In this document: positions 29,470-41,613 of the stretch, in pieces
Position numbering within the stretch: the stretch's first letter is position 1
Layout of the letters: each line of letters starts with the position of its first letter
Assembly (NCBI RefSeq): GCF_006345805.1
Contig: NC_043004.1
Location: 56,234,001 to 56,298,000, forward strand
Direction of reading: 5' to 3'
Length of the DNA: 64,000 nt
Source: Octopus sinensis
Lineage: Eukaryota
Notes under the pieces: generated by a model
Told to the model about the DNA's origin: nothing
Database searches by the model: none
Seen by the model: the letters and a program-made list of their open reading frames with translations, nothing else
Program-made: the position numbers and the translations under genes

Positions 29470-30450
29470 ATGGAGGTAGAAATATCGCACCAGTAAGTCT
29501 AAGAGATTTCAATTTGAGGAGTTTAATGAAAATGACTTTCAAATTTATATAAAGCAAATATTACCGCTTTCGATGAATCTCACCTTATCAAATATCAGTA
29601 AAATTATTTTTTTAAAAAGTAGTAAAAGAGTAATAAAAAGTAATAAAAACAAGTAAAAACAGTTTATCTTCTGTCTGAGGGTCAAGAACATGTTTGGATA
29701 TTTTGGTGAGGTCTTCTTTAAAAATAGTTTGGTATAGAGTTCAAAATGTTAGAGTGTAGTTGTCTATTGTCTAAAAGAAATGTCTGTATGTTCATACAAA
29801 GGGAGTGGCTAAATAGGTTTTATGTCCACCTGTATGTGTGTGTGTATGTGTGTGTGTGTGTGAGTATTGTGTTGACTGACCTTTAATATGTTTGGGATGT
29901 GACCACCTGTGATGATGGATGTGTATGTTGTGATGAATGTTTTAGGATTTTTTCCTTTGCGTATGTGTGGTCACCAGCTGTGTGTATGTGTGTATGTTCG
30001 TGTGTGTGCGTGTTTGTGTGTGTATGTGTGCTTTTGCGGTGCTTTATTTGTGAGTATATATGTGTAGGTGTGTCAGTGTGTGTTTTTGTGATAACTATTT
30101 GCATGTGTGTGTGAGTGTATGTGCGTGTTTATCTGTGTGTGCAAACGTGTTTACGTGTTTGCGCATGTGTTGTGTTTATGAATGTGTGTGTGCTTGTGCA
30201 TGTGTGTGGATATATGTGTGTATTTGTGTGTGTGTGCTTTTTTGTGTGAGTGTGTTGTTGCGATGTTTTCTTTGGGGTGAAAGTGTGTGTGTGTGTGTGC
30301 AGGATTATATGTTGGAAAAAAGATCTAGGAAATGATGGGAATTATTTTACAATATGATGTTATGTATAAAATTGTTTTAAGTGTCTATTCTTATTTATTG
30401 GTAGTGGTTGAGTCTTTGCGATAGGTTTATTTCCGTTTCGATTTTCGCAC

Positions 30451-30607
<157 letters not shown>

Positions 30608-30625
30608 GATCTATATATCTATATA

Positions 30626-30687
<62 letters not shown>

Positions 30688-30725
30688 TATTCTTTCTACT
30701 TTAGGCCAATCGATTACATCCACTA

Positions 30726-31130
30726 CGGATCTAGTCTTTCTTATTCGCAAAATGAGCCCCACTTAATTTTGCTCAGATTGCTTTCAGTTTTGAGGTATCG
30801 ATGCAACTCTGAATTTTGACTACGATCAACCAATTACATTATCTCGTAAATTAAAGAATCTGATGTTATTTGGAATTAAAGTTGGGAAATTTTGGCAATT
30901 TTAGTCAAACAACAGAGAGCGTGTCATTAGCAGCTCGTTACCATGACAACCACACGCTGTGTTGTGGTTCACTTCGCAGCTGTCTGCGACTTCGCGGTCC
31001 ACTTCACTGTTGTCTGTGACGCACATTGTTTTATGTTGATCTTACACACTTGATTCCTCGCATCACAAGATTCTTTTCACCCGCGTTTTGTTTTACTTTT
31101 TCTGTGTGTTAGTGTTTTCCTGTGTTAGTG
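30726..31130 (+). repeat. Dispersed repeat, copy 1 (unclassified, probably DNA-transposon derived)
   Basis: GGATCTAGT...TTGCTTTCAGTTTTGAGGTATCGA...TTCTTTTCACCCGCGTTTT is homologous to 33948-34265. Confidence 0.7.
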
Positions 31131-31250
31131 TTTTTCTGTGTTAGTACTTTTACATATTGTTTATTTCATATATGTTATTCTTATCGTAGTTTACAAATCC
31201 AAGTATGAAAACGTTACTCAACTCTGGAGTTTTGGAGACATGCACCTCCT

Positions 31251-31289
<39 letters not shown>

Positions 31290-32330
31290 CATAAATATAC
31301 ATATAAACTTATATATGAGTACATACATCCACATGTACTTATATATTAATGAGGTACACAAATACATGACAGGTTTATATAGTCCTGAAATACGCAAAAA
31401 GTAAACTCATGCAGACAAATATATTTATATAACAAATTAAAAAAATAAAAGCATACAATTCTAATAAAATTAAATTACGGGTGGCTCAACACATGAATTC
31501 TTTAAAGAATAGAAATTTAATTAATCATACTGGCCGTTAGTAAAAATATAGGGTAACTAAAATCTAAAAGTATTAAGTACAATTTAAATTGGGAGATAGT
31601 GTGTAAAGCAAAATCTTATCGAATAGATAGTAATTCTTGTTTATTATGTACTAATGAATTTAAGGAGATATTATTAGCTAATAATAAAAAAATAATAAAT
31701 TCCTAGATGAACGAAAAATTAAATGTAGACATAATGTAAATTACTTATGTAAGTTTAGCTAATTTGTGTATATATATAAACCTTATTTTATGTTACTAAT
31801 TGTTGTAGTTATAATTTGTATTAGTAAAATGTGTATAAATTAACACGAGATTTTATAGTGTATATTACGTAATTAGAATAAGATTAAACTAAGATGTTTA
31901 TAAAATGAATAAATAAATTAATGAAAATAGATTACATTATAGAAATTTAGCTTAATTTACGTATATCATGTATTTTACGTATTTTAGTTTTAAATTATTT
32001 TGACTTTAAAATTTTCTAGTAAACGGTATATTACAGTTAATTTTTTTATATTCTCACAGCTAAAATACATTTTGTCATTTTAACAGCTTATGTATATATT
32101 TCTATCTATTCATTCTATGATTTTTATTTACGCCATATTTTCACGCGATATCTTTGTTATAAACGCTAAGTTCTACGTATTACGTTTAAAATTTTTGTTA
32201 ACAGAAATTCTTCGATTAGTTATGGTTATATTTTAAGTAATATTGTTAAATGTTTTTAGATTATTGTTAAAACATTTATTTTTCTATATTTATTTGATAA
32301 GTTTTATAAGTTAAGATACGTACATTTGTT

Positions 32331-32419
<89 letters not shown>

Positions 32420-32420
32420 T

Positions 32421-32542
32421 TAGACCTGATGAGTGACTATATTGTTGAATAGAATTAATTTTAGATCGATTTAATTTAAAATCGAATTGATTTTATTATT
32501 ATTATCTATTTGAAAATATAGCCACGAACCGCTCTTAGTCTA
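32421..32542 (+). ncRNA. Degenerate type I hammerhead-like motif with a long stem II
   Basis: TAGAC, CTGATGA (32426-32), stem II GTG.CTATATT...AATATAG.CAC, GAA(C), then GTCTA, which complements TAGAC. The GAAA box and stem III are damaged. Confidence 0.5.
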
Positions 32543-32692
32543 TTTCCTACTATTTACTATTTATTTTTTATCTACATTATTGATTTTTAGAATAAGGTTT
32601 TTTATAGTATATTTATTTTTTTCTATATGGTTTGAATAACGTCTTTCACTATTGAATTGCTTAACGGAGGTTTTTCTCTAATTTATATACAT

Positions 32693-33114
32693 AGGCGCAG
32701 GAGTGGCTGTGTGGTAAGTAGCTTGCTAACCAACCACATGGTTCCGGATCCAGTCCCACTGCGTGGCATCTTGGGCAAGTGTCTTCTGCTATAGCCCCGG
32801 GCCGACCAATGCCTTGTGAGTGGATTTGGTAGACGGAAACTGAAAGAAGCCTGTCGTATATATGTATATATATATGTATATGTGTGTGTGTGTTTGTGTA
32901 TGTGTGTTTGTCCCCCTAGCATTGCTTGACAACCGATGCTGGTGTGTTTACGTCCCTGTCACTTAGCGGTTCGGCAAAAAGAGACCGATAGAATAAGTAC
33001 TGGGCTTACAAAGAATAAGTCCCCGGGTCGATTTGCTCGACTAAAGGTGGTGCTCCAGCATGGCCGCAGTCAAATGACTGAAACAAGTAAAAGAGTAAAA
33101 GAGAGTAAAAGAGT
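32693..33114 (+). mobile_element. SINE family A
   Basis: Full-length copy. Confidence 0.9.
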
Positions 33115-33188
33115 ATATATTATATATTGTGAAATTTGATTTCGAATTGCTAAATTGAATTTTTCCCTGTAAGTTTGGAATTTTATTT

Positions 33189-33189
33189 C

Positions 33190-33283
<94 letters not shown>

Positions 33284-33296
33284 AACTACTACTACA

Positions 33297-33346
<50 letters not shown>

Positions 33347-33363
33347 CACCACCACCACCACCA

Positions 33364-33401
<38 letters not shown>

Positions 33402-33460
33402 TTATTATTATCATTATTATTATTATTATTATTATTATTAGTAGTAGTAGTAGTAGTAGT
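33189..33460. repeat. Compound trinucleotide microsatellite (CTA)n(CCA)n(TTA)n(GTA)n
   Basis: Seen directly in the sequence. Confidence 0.95.
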
Positions 33461-33497
33461 ATATATATATATATATATATATATATGAATATTGACG

Positions 33498-33910
33498 TAC
33501 GACGGGTTTCTTTCAGCTTCGGCCTGCCATATCCACTTACAAGACTTGAGTCGTCCCGAAGCTACAATAGAATCCACTTGCCGAAGGTGTGACACAGTGG
33601 GACTGAATACAGAGCCATGGCTTTGTGAAGCAACCTTCTTACCCCACAGCCACATGCGTTTCCACGCGTACATATGAATGTGTGGTGTGTATGTGTGTGT
33701 GTGTGTGTGATTAATGTTTGTCCTATGCCCACTGCTTGACAATATATATCTTTTATTTACTTGACAAGAGATGTCTTTTTTTACGTCTTTGTTGAATTAG
33801 CGTTTCAAGAAAAGAACTGATAGATTATGTAACAGAATCATTGATTAAAATCTTTGAGGTGATTCTCAGCATGTCTGTAGGCCAATGACTGAAATAAGTA
33901 AAAGATGAAG
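33498..33910. mobile_element. Old diverged SINE-A-related fragments (minus-strand head, plus-strand tail)
   Basis: Degenerate CAGTGGGACTGAA (minus-strand B box) and AATGACTGAAATAAGTAAAAGA tail. Confidence 0.6.
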
Positions 33911-33947
33911 CAACACACATACACACACACACACACCACACACACAA

Positions 33948-34265
33948 AGGATCTAGTTAGTTTCATTCGGAAAATGAGCTTCCTTTAATTTTACACATAT
34001 TGCTTTCAGTTTTGAGGTATCGACGCAACTCTGAATTTTGATTACGATCAACCAATTTCGTTATCTCGTAAATTAAAGAATCTGATATTTGAGTAATTTT
34101 AGCCAATCAACAGGCAGCGTGGAATTAGCAGCTTGTCGTCATGACAACCGCAGGCTGTGTTGTGTTTCAATTCGCCCGTGTCTGTGCCGCCAGTTGTTCT
34201 GTGTTGATTCTTTACACCACGAAATTCTTTTCACCCGCGTTTTCTGTTTTAATTTTTCTGTGTGC
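33948..34265 (+). repeat. Dispersed repeat, copy 2
   Basis: Homologous to 30726-31130. Confidence 0.7.
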
Positions 34266-36252
34266 TAGTATCTTACATATTTTTCTCTGCTGATAGACGC
34301 CCCTTTTCCACACGCACACACGCACCCCCCACACAAAGACGCACACATACGCATACATGTATGCATGTATATGTACATAAACATGTGCACATATTCGTGG
34401 TAATTTGTGGATGTGTGTATTAATATTATATCATTAAACTGATTATATTTCCCAACGAGGAAAACCCTGAAGATTGTAAACGATATCAACATACACGAGA
34501 CATAATTTATATAAGTATTAAATCTTTATTCATAAAAGATCTACTAATGGTATGCTCGTCTGGGATTTAAATATTAAAGCGGCATGTGTATTGCTTTTTC
34601 GTTTGGTATAGAAGTTATAAATGTGCAAACATTTATTTCATAAAGGCATGATAAATAGTAATTTTAGAATTTGGATTCAGAAATGAGAGCTCAGAATCTA
34701 AATACTATCAAACATTTAATACGGATATCCAATTTCTTCCAAACTTTTTTTCTGCTAGATATTGGTATTGATTTCTTACAGTCGAACAAGCAATAGTTAT
34801 TTCATCGATCTCGAATGAATGAAAGGTAAATATGTTATCAGAGTATTTCATCAAGAAACATATAAGCGTAAAGAAAATACTCTAATGCCTGCAGTAAAAG
34901 TGCTTTAGCTCCTCTGCTAGTAAAATATATTAGGTGAGAATTGAATATTTTTCCCAGAACTCAGCTAGCCAATAATGTATGGCTTTCACACAAAATTGTT
35001 GAAATTATTGCTTCTAGAAAGCAGTTTTATAGATAGACACAGTTGATTAAATCGACCCCGGTACTTGACTGGATGTTATTTTATGGAACATGAAAATATA
35101 CAATTATAGATTTATCCGTTAGGATTTGGACTCAGCTCGCCAAAAGACGTCTGACAACATCCCCCGTCTTTCAGCCGATTCTGATATTCAGAACTATTTT
35201 AAAAATAATTATATAAAACATAGATTTATTGAAACTTACTGATAGTGATAACTGTAACTGTGATGGTAGTCTTTCGTAGTCCGAGACAGATGGTTCCGCA
35301 ATTACTCGCTGAATACTCTGTACAAATGATTTGTTTATAACGATAGAATATATTGGCTGTATATCAAATTATCCCTCAATCAAATCTACGTTGCCTGAAC
35401 AGGTGCGCTGCTTTCGAAGTGATTGCAGCGGAACGTGAGATGAAATGCTTTACTCAAAAACAGATTGCATCACTCAGTCGAAGAGTTAAAAATCAATATC
35501 GTGTGTGCAACACCCAGACCACTAGACCATTGACCTTCTCAAGCAATAAGCGTAATAGAACGTGTAATAAATCAACATTTGATGCCGCACATCATGTTTT
35601 TGCTTATCATCAATGGTCTGTATTTGTTAAGACGTAGTATCAATGTAGTCATGACACGCATGTATGATTCCTTTCTCGTAAGAATTAGTTTAAAAAAGAA
35701 ATGGTTATATACCATTAATTGCAATTCACGCCATGTAAATGGTATAACTATTGTGTTATGATTGAGGTAAGAATTTCAGAACAGTTCGTTGAATTTCAAT
35801 TAGTTCGAGTTTTGTTAATATGTAAAAGAAATCAAAAGATCGCTTGGATTTTTAAATCTGTATTGGATTTATAAATCTATAGATGTGCTCTGCTGAAGTG
35901 ACAATAGAAATCCTTGTCCTGAGAGAAAATTGCCGTTGGTATTGCAAATCAATATGCTTTGAACATGCACCTATCTATGAGAAGATCCATACCCATAGCC
36001 ATCATTCTTAAACGGGAATGAGTTTGCTAATGGTATTTTGTACTTACGAGCATTCACCGTCTCGATTTCTCCCTATCTTTACACAAGAAAACATCAAGAA
36101 TGTGAAAGCTGATGTTAAAGATTTTTGCACCAGGACTCGGCTGGTATACGTTGCAACAACTGAAAATAAATGACTTTGCAGTAGGACATACCATACCATT
36201 CGCCCCAGGAATATTTTAACCATTAGACTACATCTTGTTCCGAATGGTAATA

Positions 36253-36300
<48 letters not shown>

Positions 36301-36301
36301 A

Positions 36302-36343
<42 letters not shown>

Positions 36344-36356
36344 ATATATATATATA

Positions 36357-36658
36357 GGGGAGGCGCAATGGCCAAGTGGTTAGGGCAGCGGATTCGCGGT
36401 CGTGGGATCGCAGTTTCGATTCCCAGACCGGGCGTTGTGAGTGTTTATTGAGCGAAAACACCTAAAAGCTCCACCACGCTCCAGCAGGGGGTGGTGGCGG
36501 TCCCTGCTGTACTCTTTCCCCACTCTTTCTCCCAATCTTTCTTCTGTTGGCCTGCTCGCTTAGCCAGCGGGGTGGCGTCATTCGAAGGCTAAAACAATGC
36601 GAACGCATTGTGACCAGCGATGTGTAACTACATCTGATGGACTGGTCGGTCACGTGAT

Positions 36659-36665
<7 letters not shown>
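36357..36665 (+). mobile_element. tRNA-headed SINE, family C (309 bp), left copy
   Basis: A-box-like TGGCCAAGTGG and B-box-like GTTTCGATTCC. Ends in the palindrome TCACGTGATCACGTGA and has (TA)n on both sides. Confidence 0.85.
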
Positions 36666-36713
<48 letters not shown>

Positions 36714-36718
<5 letters not shown>

Positions 36719-36808
36719 TAATATAGATGATTTACAGTCAGATGACCGACAAAATGCTATAATAGCATTTTGTCGGTCATCTGACTGTAAATCATCTATA
36801 TTAATATG
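36714..36808. repeat. 95-bp perfect palindrome inside a (TA)n tract
   Basis: 47-bp arms (36714-36760 and 36762-36808) are exact reverse complements around one A at 36761. Confidence 0.95.
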
Positions 36809-36827
36809 TATATATATATATATATAT

Positions 36828-39800
36828 ATATCACAATCAAGGAACGGCCATAATAGGCCATTCACCCACTAGAAATAACAGCCAAAAAGCTTCAACCGCA
36901 AAATAACATTAATTCCGTAAACCAGGAGAAAATTAAAAAACATTTATCCTGAAATTCCTTATACGATGCACCGTTTCTTCTACTGTTTAATGGTAAACTA
37001 ACCTGATTAAATTAAATCAAGCCAATCTACCATAGGCCCTTAGATTCATCAGTAAGGAATAGCCAAATCGGAACAGATATTTTTCACGAGGCATTCTCGT
37101 CCATGCCTCGCCAATATCTGACCTAAAATTTTCAAATCGTCGCACTCGCGCCAAATTTATCGGCAGCAAATAAATATAAGCCGCCGATTCCATTACGGAA
37201 CCAACCAGAAAATTCATAATTAATCAATATAGGGAGGCAAAAAAAAATTTTGTAGAATTCTTTTGCCCCCAGCGGCCTAGTGGGAAAAAATTAAATAGTC
37301 ATAAACCATTTTTAAGTTCAATATCACAATCAAGGAACGGCCATAATAGGCCATTCACCCACTAGAAATAACAGCCAAAAGCTTCAACCGCAAAATAACA
37401 TTAATTCCGTAAACCAGGAGAAAATTAAAAAACATTTACCCTGAAATTCCTTATACGATGCACCGTTTCTTCTACTGTTTAATGGTAAACTAACCTGATT
37501 AAATTAAATCAAGCCAATCTACCATAGGCCCTTAGATTCATCAGTAAGGAATAGCCAAATCGGAACAGATATTTTTCACGAGGCATTCTCGTCCATGCCT
37601 CGCCAATATCTGACCTAAAATTTTCAAATCGTCGCACTCGCGCCAAATTTATCGGCAGCAAATAAATATAAGCCGCCGGTTCCATTACGGAACCAACCAG
37701 AAAATTCATAATTAATCAATATAGGGAGGCAAAAAAAAATTTTGTAGAATTCTTTTGCCCCCAGCGGCCTAGTGGGAAAAAATTAAATAGTCATAAACCA
37801 TTTTTAAGTTCAATATCACAATCAAGGAACGGCCATAATAGGCCATTCACCCACTAGAAATAACAGCCAAAAAGCTTCAACCGCAAAATAACATTAATTC
37901 CGTAAACCAGGAGAAAATTAAAAAACATTTACCCTGAAATTCCTTATACGATGCACCGTTTCTTCTACTGTTTAATGGTAAACTAACCTGATTAAATTAA
38001 ATCAAGCCAATCTACCATAGGCCCTTAGATTCATCAGTAAGGAATAGCCAAATCGGAACAGATATTTTTCACGAGGCATTCTCGTCCATGCCTCGCCAAT
38101 ATCTGACCTAAAATTTTCAAATCGTCGCACTCGCGCCAAATTTATCGGCAGCAAATAAATATAAGCCGCCGATTCCATTACGGAACCAACCAGAAAATTC
38201 ATAATTAATCAATATAGGGAGGCAAAAAAAAATTTTGTAGAATTCTTTTGCCCCCAGCGGCCTAGTGGGAAAAAATTAAATAGTCATAAACCATTTTTAA
38301 GTTCAATATCACAATCAAGGAACGGCCATAATAGGCCATTCACCCACTAGAAATAACAGCCAAAAAGCTTCAACCGCAAAATAACATTAATTCCGTAAAC
38401 CAGGAGAAAATTAAAAAACATTTACCCTGAAATTCCTTATACGATGCACCGTTTCTTCTACTGTTTAATGGTAAACTAACCTGATTAAATTAAATCAAGC
38501 CAATCTACCATAGGCCCTTAGATTCATCAGTAAGGAATAGCCAAATCGGAACAGATATTTTTCACGAGGCATTCTCGTCCATGCCTCGCCAATATCTGAC
38601 CTAAAATTTTCAAATCGTCGCACTCGCGCCAAATTTATCGGCAGCAAATAAATATAAGCCGCCGATTCCATTACGGAACCAACCAGAAAATTCATAATTA
38701 ATCAATATAGGGAGGCAAAAAAAATTTTGTAGAATTCTTTTGCCCCCAGCGGCCTAGTGGGAAAAAATTAAATAGTCATAAACCATTTTTAAGTTCAATA
38801 TCACAATCAAGGAACGGCCATAATAGGCCATTCACCCACTAGAAATAACAGCCAAAAAGCTTCAACCGCAAAATAACATTAATTCCGTAAACCAGGAGAA
38901 AATTAAAAAACATTTACCCTGAAATTCCTTATACGATGCACCGTTTCTTCTACTGTTTAATGGTAAACTAACCTGATTAAATTAAATCAAGCCAATCTAC
39001 CATAGGCCCTTAGATTCATCAGTAAGGAATAGCCAAATCGGAACAGATATTTTTCACGAGGCATTCTCGTCCATGCCTCGCCAATATCTGACCTAAAATT
39101 TTCAAATCGTCGCACTCGCGCCAAATTTATCGGCAGCAAATAAATATAAGCCGCCGATTCCATTACGGAACCAACCAGAAAATTCATAATTAATCAATAT
39201 AGGGAGGCAAAAAAAAAATTTTGTAGAATTCTTTTGCCCCCAGCGGCCTAGTGGGAAAAAATTAAATAGTCATAAACCATTTTTAAGTTCAATATCACAA
39301 TCAAGGAACGGCCATAATAGGCCATTCACCCACTAGAAATAACAGCCAAAAGCTTCAACCGCAAAATAACATTAATTCCGTAAACCAGGAGAAAATTAAA
39401 AAACATTTACCCTGAAATTCCTTATACGATGCACCGTTTCTTCTACTGTTTAATGGTAAACTAACCTGATTAAATTAAATCAAGCCAATCTACCATAGGC
39501 CCTTAGATTCATCAGTAAGGAATAGCCAAATCGGAACAGATATTTTTCACGAGGCATTCTCGTCCATGCCTCGCCAATATCTGACCTAAAATTTTCAAAT
39601 CGTCGCACTCGCGCCAAATTTATCGGCAGCAAATAAATATAAGCCGCCGATTCCATTACGGAACCAACCAGAAAATTCATAATTAATCAATATAGGGAGG
39701 CAAAAAAAAATTTTGTAGAATTCTTTTGCCCCCAGCGGCCTAGTGGGAAAAAATTAAATAGTCATAAACCATTTTTAAGTTCAATATCACAATCAAGGAA

Positions 39801-40779
39801 CGGCCATAATAGGCCATTCACCCACTAGAAATAACAGCCAAAAAGCTTCAACCGCAAAATAACATTAATTCCGTAAACCAGGAGAAAATTAAAAAACATT
39901 TACCCTGAAATTCCTTATACGATGCACCGTTTCTTCTACTGTTTAATGGTAAACTAACCTGATTAAATTAAATCAAGCCAATCTACCATAGGCCCTTAGA
40001 TTCATCAGTAAGGAATAGCCAAATCGGAACAGATATTTTTCACGAGGCATTCTCGTCCATGCCTCGCCAATATCTGACCTAAAATTTTCAAATCGTCGCA
40101 CTCGCGCCAAATTTATCGGCAGCAAATAAATATAAGCCGCCGATTCCATTACGGAACCAACCAGAAAATTCATAATTAATCAATATAGGGAGGCAAAAAA
40201 AATTTTGTAGAATTCTTTTGCCCCCAGCGGCCTAGTGGGAAAAAAATTAAATAGTCATAAACCATTTTTAAGTTCAATATCACAATCAAGGAACGGCCAT
40301 AATAGGCCATTCACCCACTAGAAATAACAGCCAAAAAGCTTCAACCGCAAAATAACATTAATTCCGTAAACCAGGAGAAAATTAAAAAACATTTACCCTG
40401 AAATTCCTTATACGATGCACCGTTTCTTCTACTGTTTAATGGTAAACTAACCTGATTAAATTAAATCAAGCCAATCTACCATAGGCCCTTAGATTCATCA
40501 GTAAGGAATAGCCAAATCGGAACAGATATTTTTCACGAGGCATTCTCGTCCATGCCTCGCCAATATCTGACCTAAAATTTTCAAATCGTCGCACTCGCGC
40601 CAAATTTATCGGCAGCAAATAATATAAGCCGCCGATTCCATTACGGAACCAACCAGAAAATTCATAATTAATCAATATAGGGAGGCAAAAAAAAAATTTT
40701 GTAGAATTCTTTTGCCCCCAGCGGCCTAGTGGGAAAAAATTAAATAGTCATAAACCATTTTTAAGTTCAATATCACAAT
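36828..40779 (-). mobile_element. Eight tandem ~493-bp units of an HHR-bearing retroelement (antisense arm)
   Basis: Units start at 36828, 37321, 37813, 38306, 38798, 39292, 39784 and 40277, with 10 extra nt at the end. They differ almost only in homopolymer length. Each unit has the HHR on the minus strand (copy 1: 36954-37060). Confidence 0.9.
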
Positions 40780-41271
40780 TAATTATGAATTTTCTGGTTG
40801 GTTCCGTAATGGAATCGGCGGCTTATATTTATTTGCTGCCGATAAATTTGGCGCGAGTGCGACGATTTGAAAATTTTAGGTCAGATATTGGCGAGGCATG
40901 GACGAGAATGCCTCGTGAAAAATATCTGTTCCGATTTGGCTATTCCTTACTGATGAATCTAAGGGCCTATGGTAGATTGGCTTGATTTAATTTAATCAGG
41001 TTAGTTTACCATTAAACAGTAGAAGAAACGGTGCATCGTATAAGGAATTTCAGGGTAAATGTTTTTTAATTTTCTCCTGGTTTACGGAATTAATGTTATT
41101 TTGCGGTTGAAGCTTTTTGGCTGTTATTTCTAGTGGGTGAATGGCCTATTATGGCCGTTCCTTGATTGTGATATTGAACTTAAAAATGGTTTATGACTAT
41201 TTAATTTTTTCCCACTAGGCCGCTGGGGGCAAAAGAATTCTACAAAATTTTTTTTTGCCTCCCTATATTGA

Positions 41272-41279
<8 letters not shown>
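40778..41279 (+). mobile_element. One full inverted (sense) unit of the same element
   Basis: Circularly permuted reverse complement of the array unit. ATTAATTAT occurs at both 40778 and 41271 (493 bp apart) and is followed by (TA)n. Confidence 0.9.
40942..41048 (+). ncRNA. Type I hammerhead ribozyme motif (variant stem II base)
   Basis: Stem I ATTCCTTA/TAAGGAAT (8 bp), CTGATGA at 40950-56, A.A then TCTA/TAGA stem II, GAAA at 41025-28, stem III CGG-TGCA-TCG, and a GTA triplet. Predicted cut is after 41040. Confidence 0.8.
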
Positions 41280-41304
<25 letters not shown>

Positions 41305-41311
<7 letters not shown>

Positions 41312-41613
41312 ATCACGTGACCGACCAGTCCATCAGATGTAGTTACACATCGCTGGTCACAATGCGTTCGCATTGTTTTAGCCTTCGAATGACGCCACCC
41401 CGCTGGCTAAGCGAGCAGGCCAACAGAAGAAAGATTGGGAGAAAGAGTGGGGAAAGAGTACAGCAGGGACCGCCACCACCCCCTGCTGGAGCGTGGTGAA
41501 GCTTTTAGGTGTTTTCGCTCAATAAACACTCACAACGCCCGGTCTGGGAATCGAAACCGCGATCCCACGACCGCGAATCCGCTGCCCTAACCACTTGGCC
41601 ATTGCGCCTCCCC
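41305..41613 (-). mobile_element. SINE family C, right copy (inverted)
   Basis: Reverse complement of 36357-36665 with 2 substitutions found by eye in 309 bp. Confidence 0.9.

Noticed and set aside
36357-36435. SINE heads as true tRNA genes
   Set aside because: They have A/B boxes but no complete cloverleaf, and they continue into repeat bodies.
36828-40779. Array as CRISPR or an rDNA/5S/snRNA tandem gene cluster
   Set aside because: There are no variable spacers and the context is eukaryotic. I found no recognisable rRNA, tRNA or snRNA sequence in the unit.
40785-40985. 66-aa ORF (MNFLVGSVME...) repeated in every array unit
   Set aside because: It recurs only because the DNA repeats. It has no recognisable domain, overlaps the HHR core, and I see no equivalent ORF in the relative at 54030-54428.
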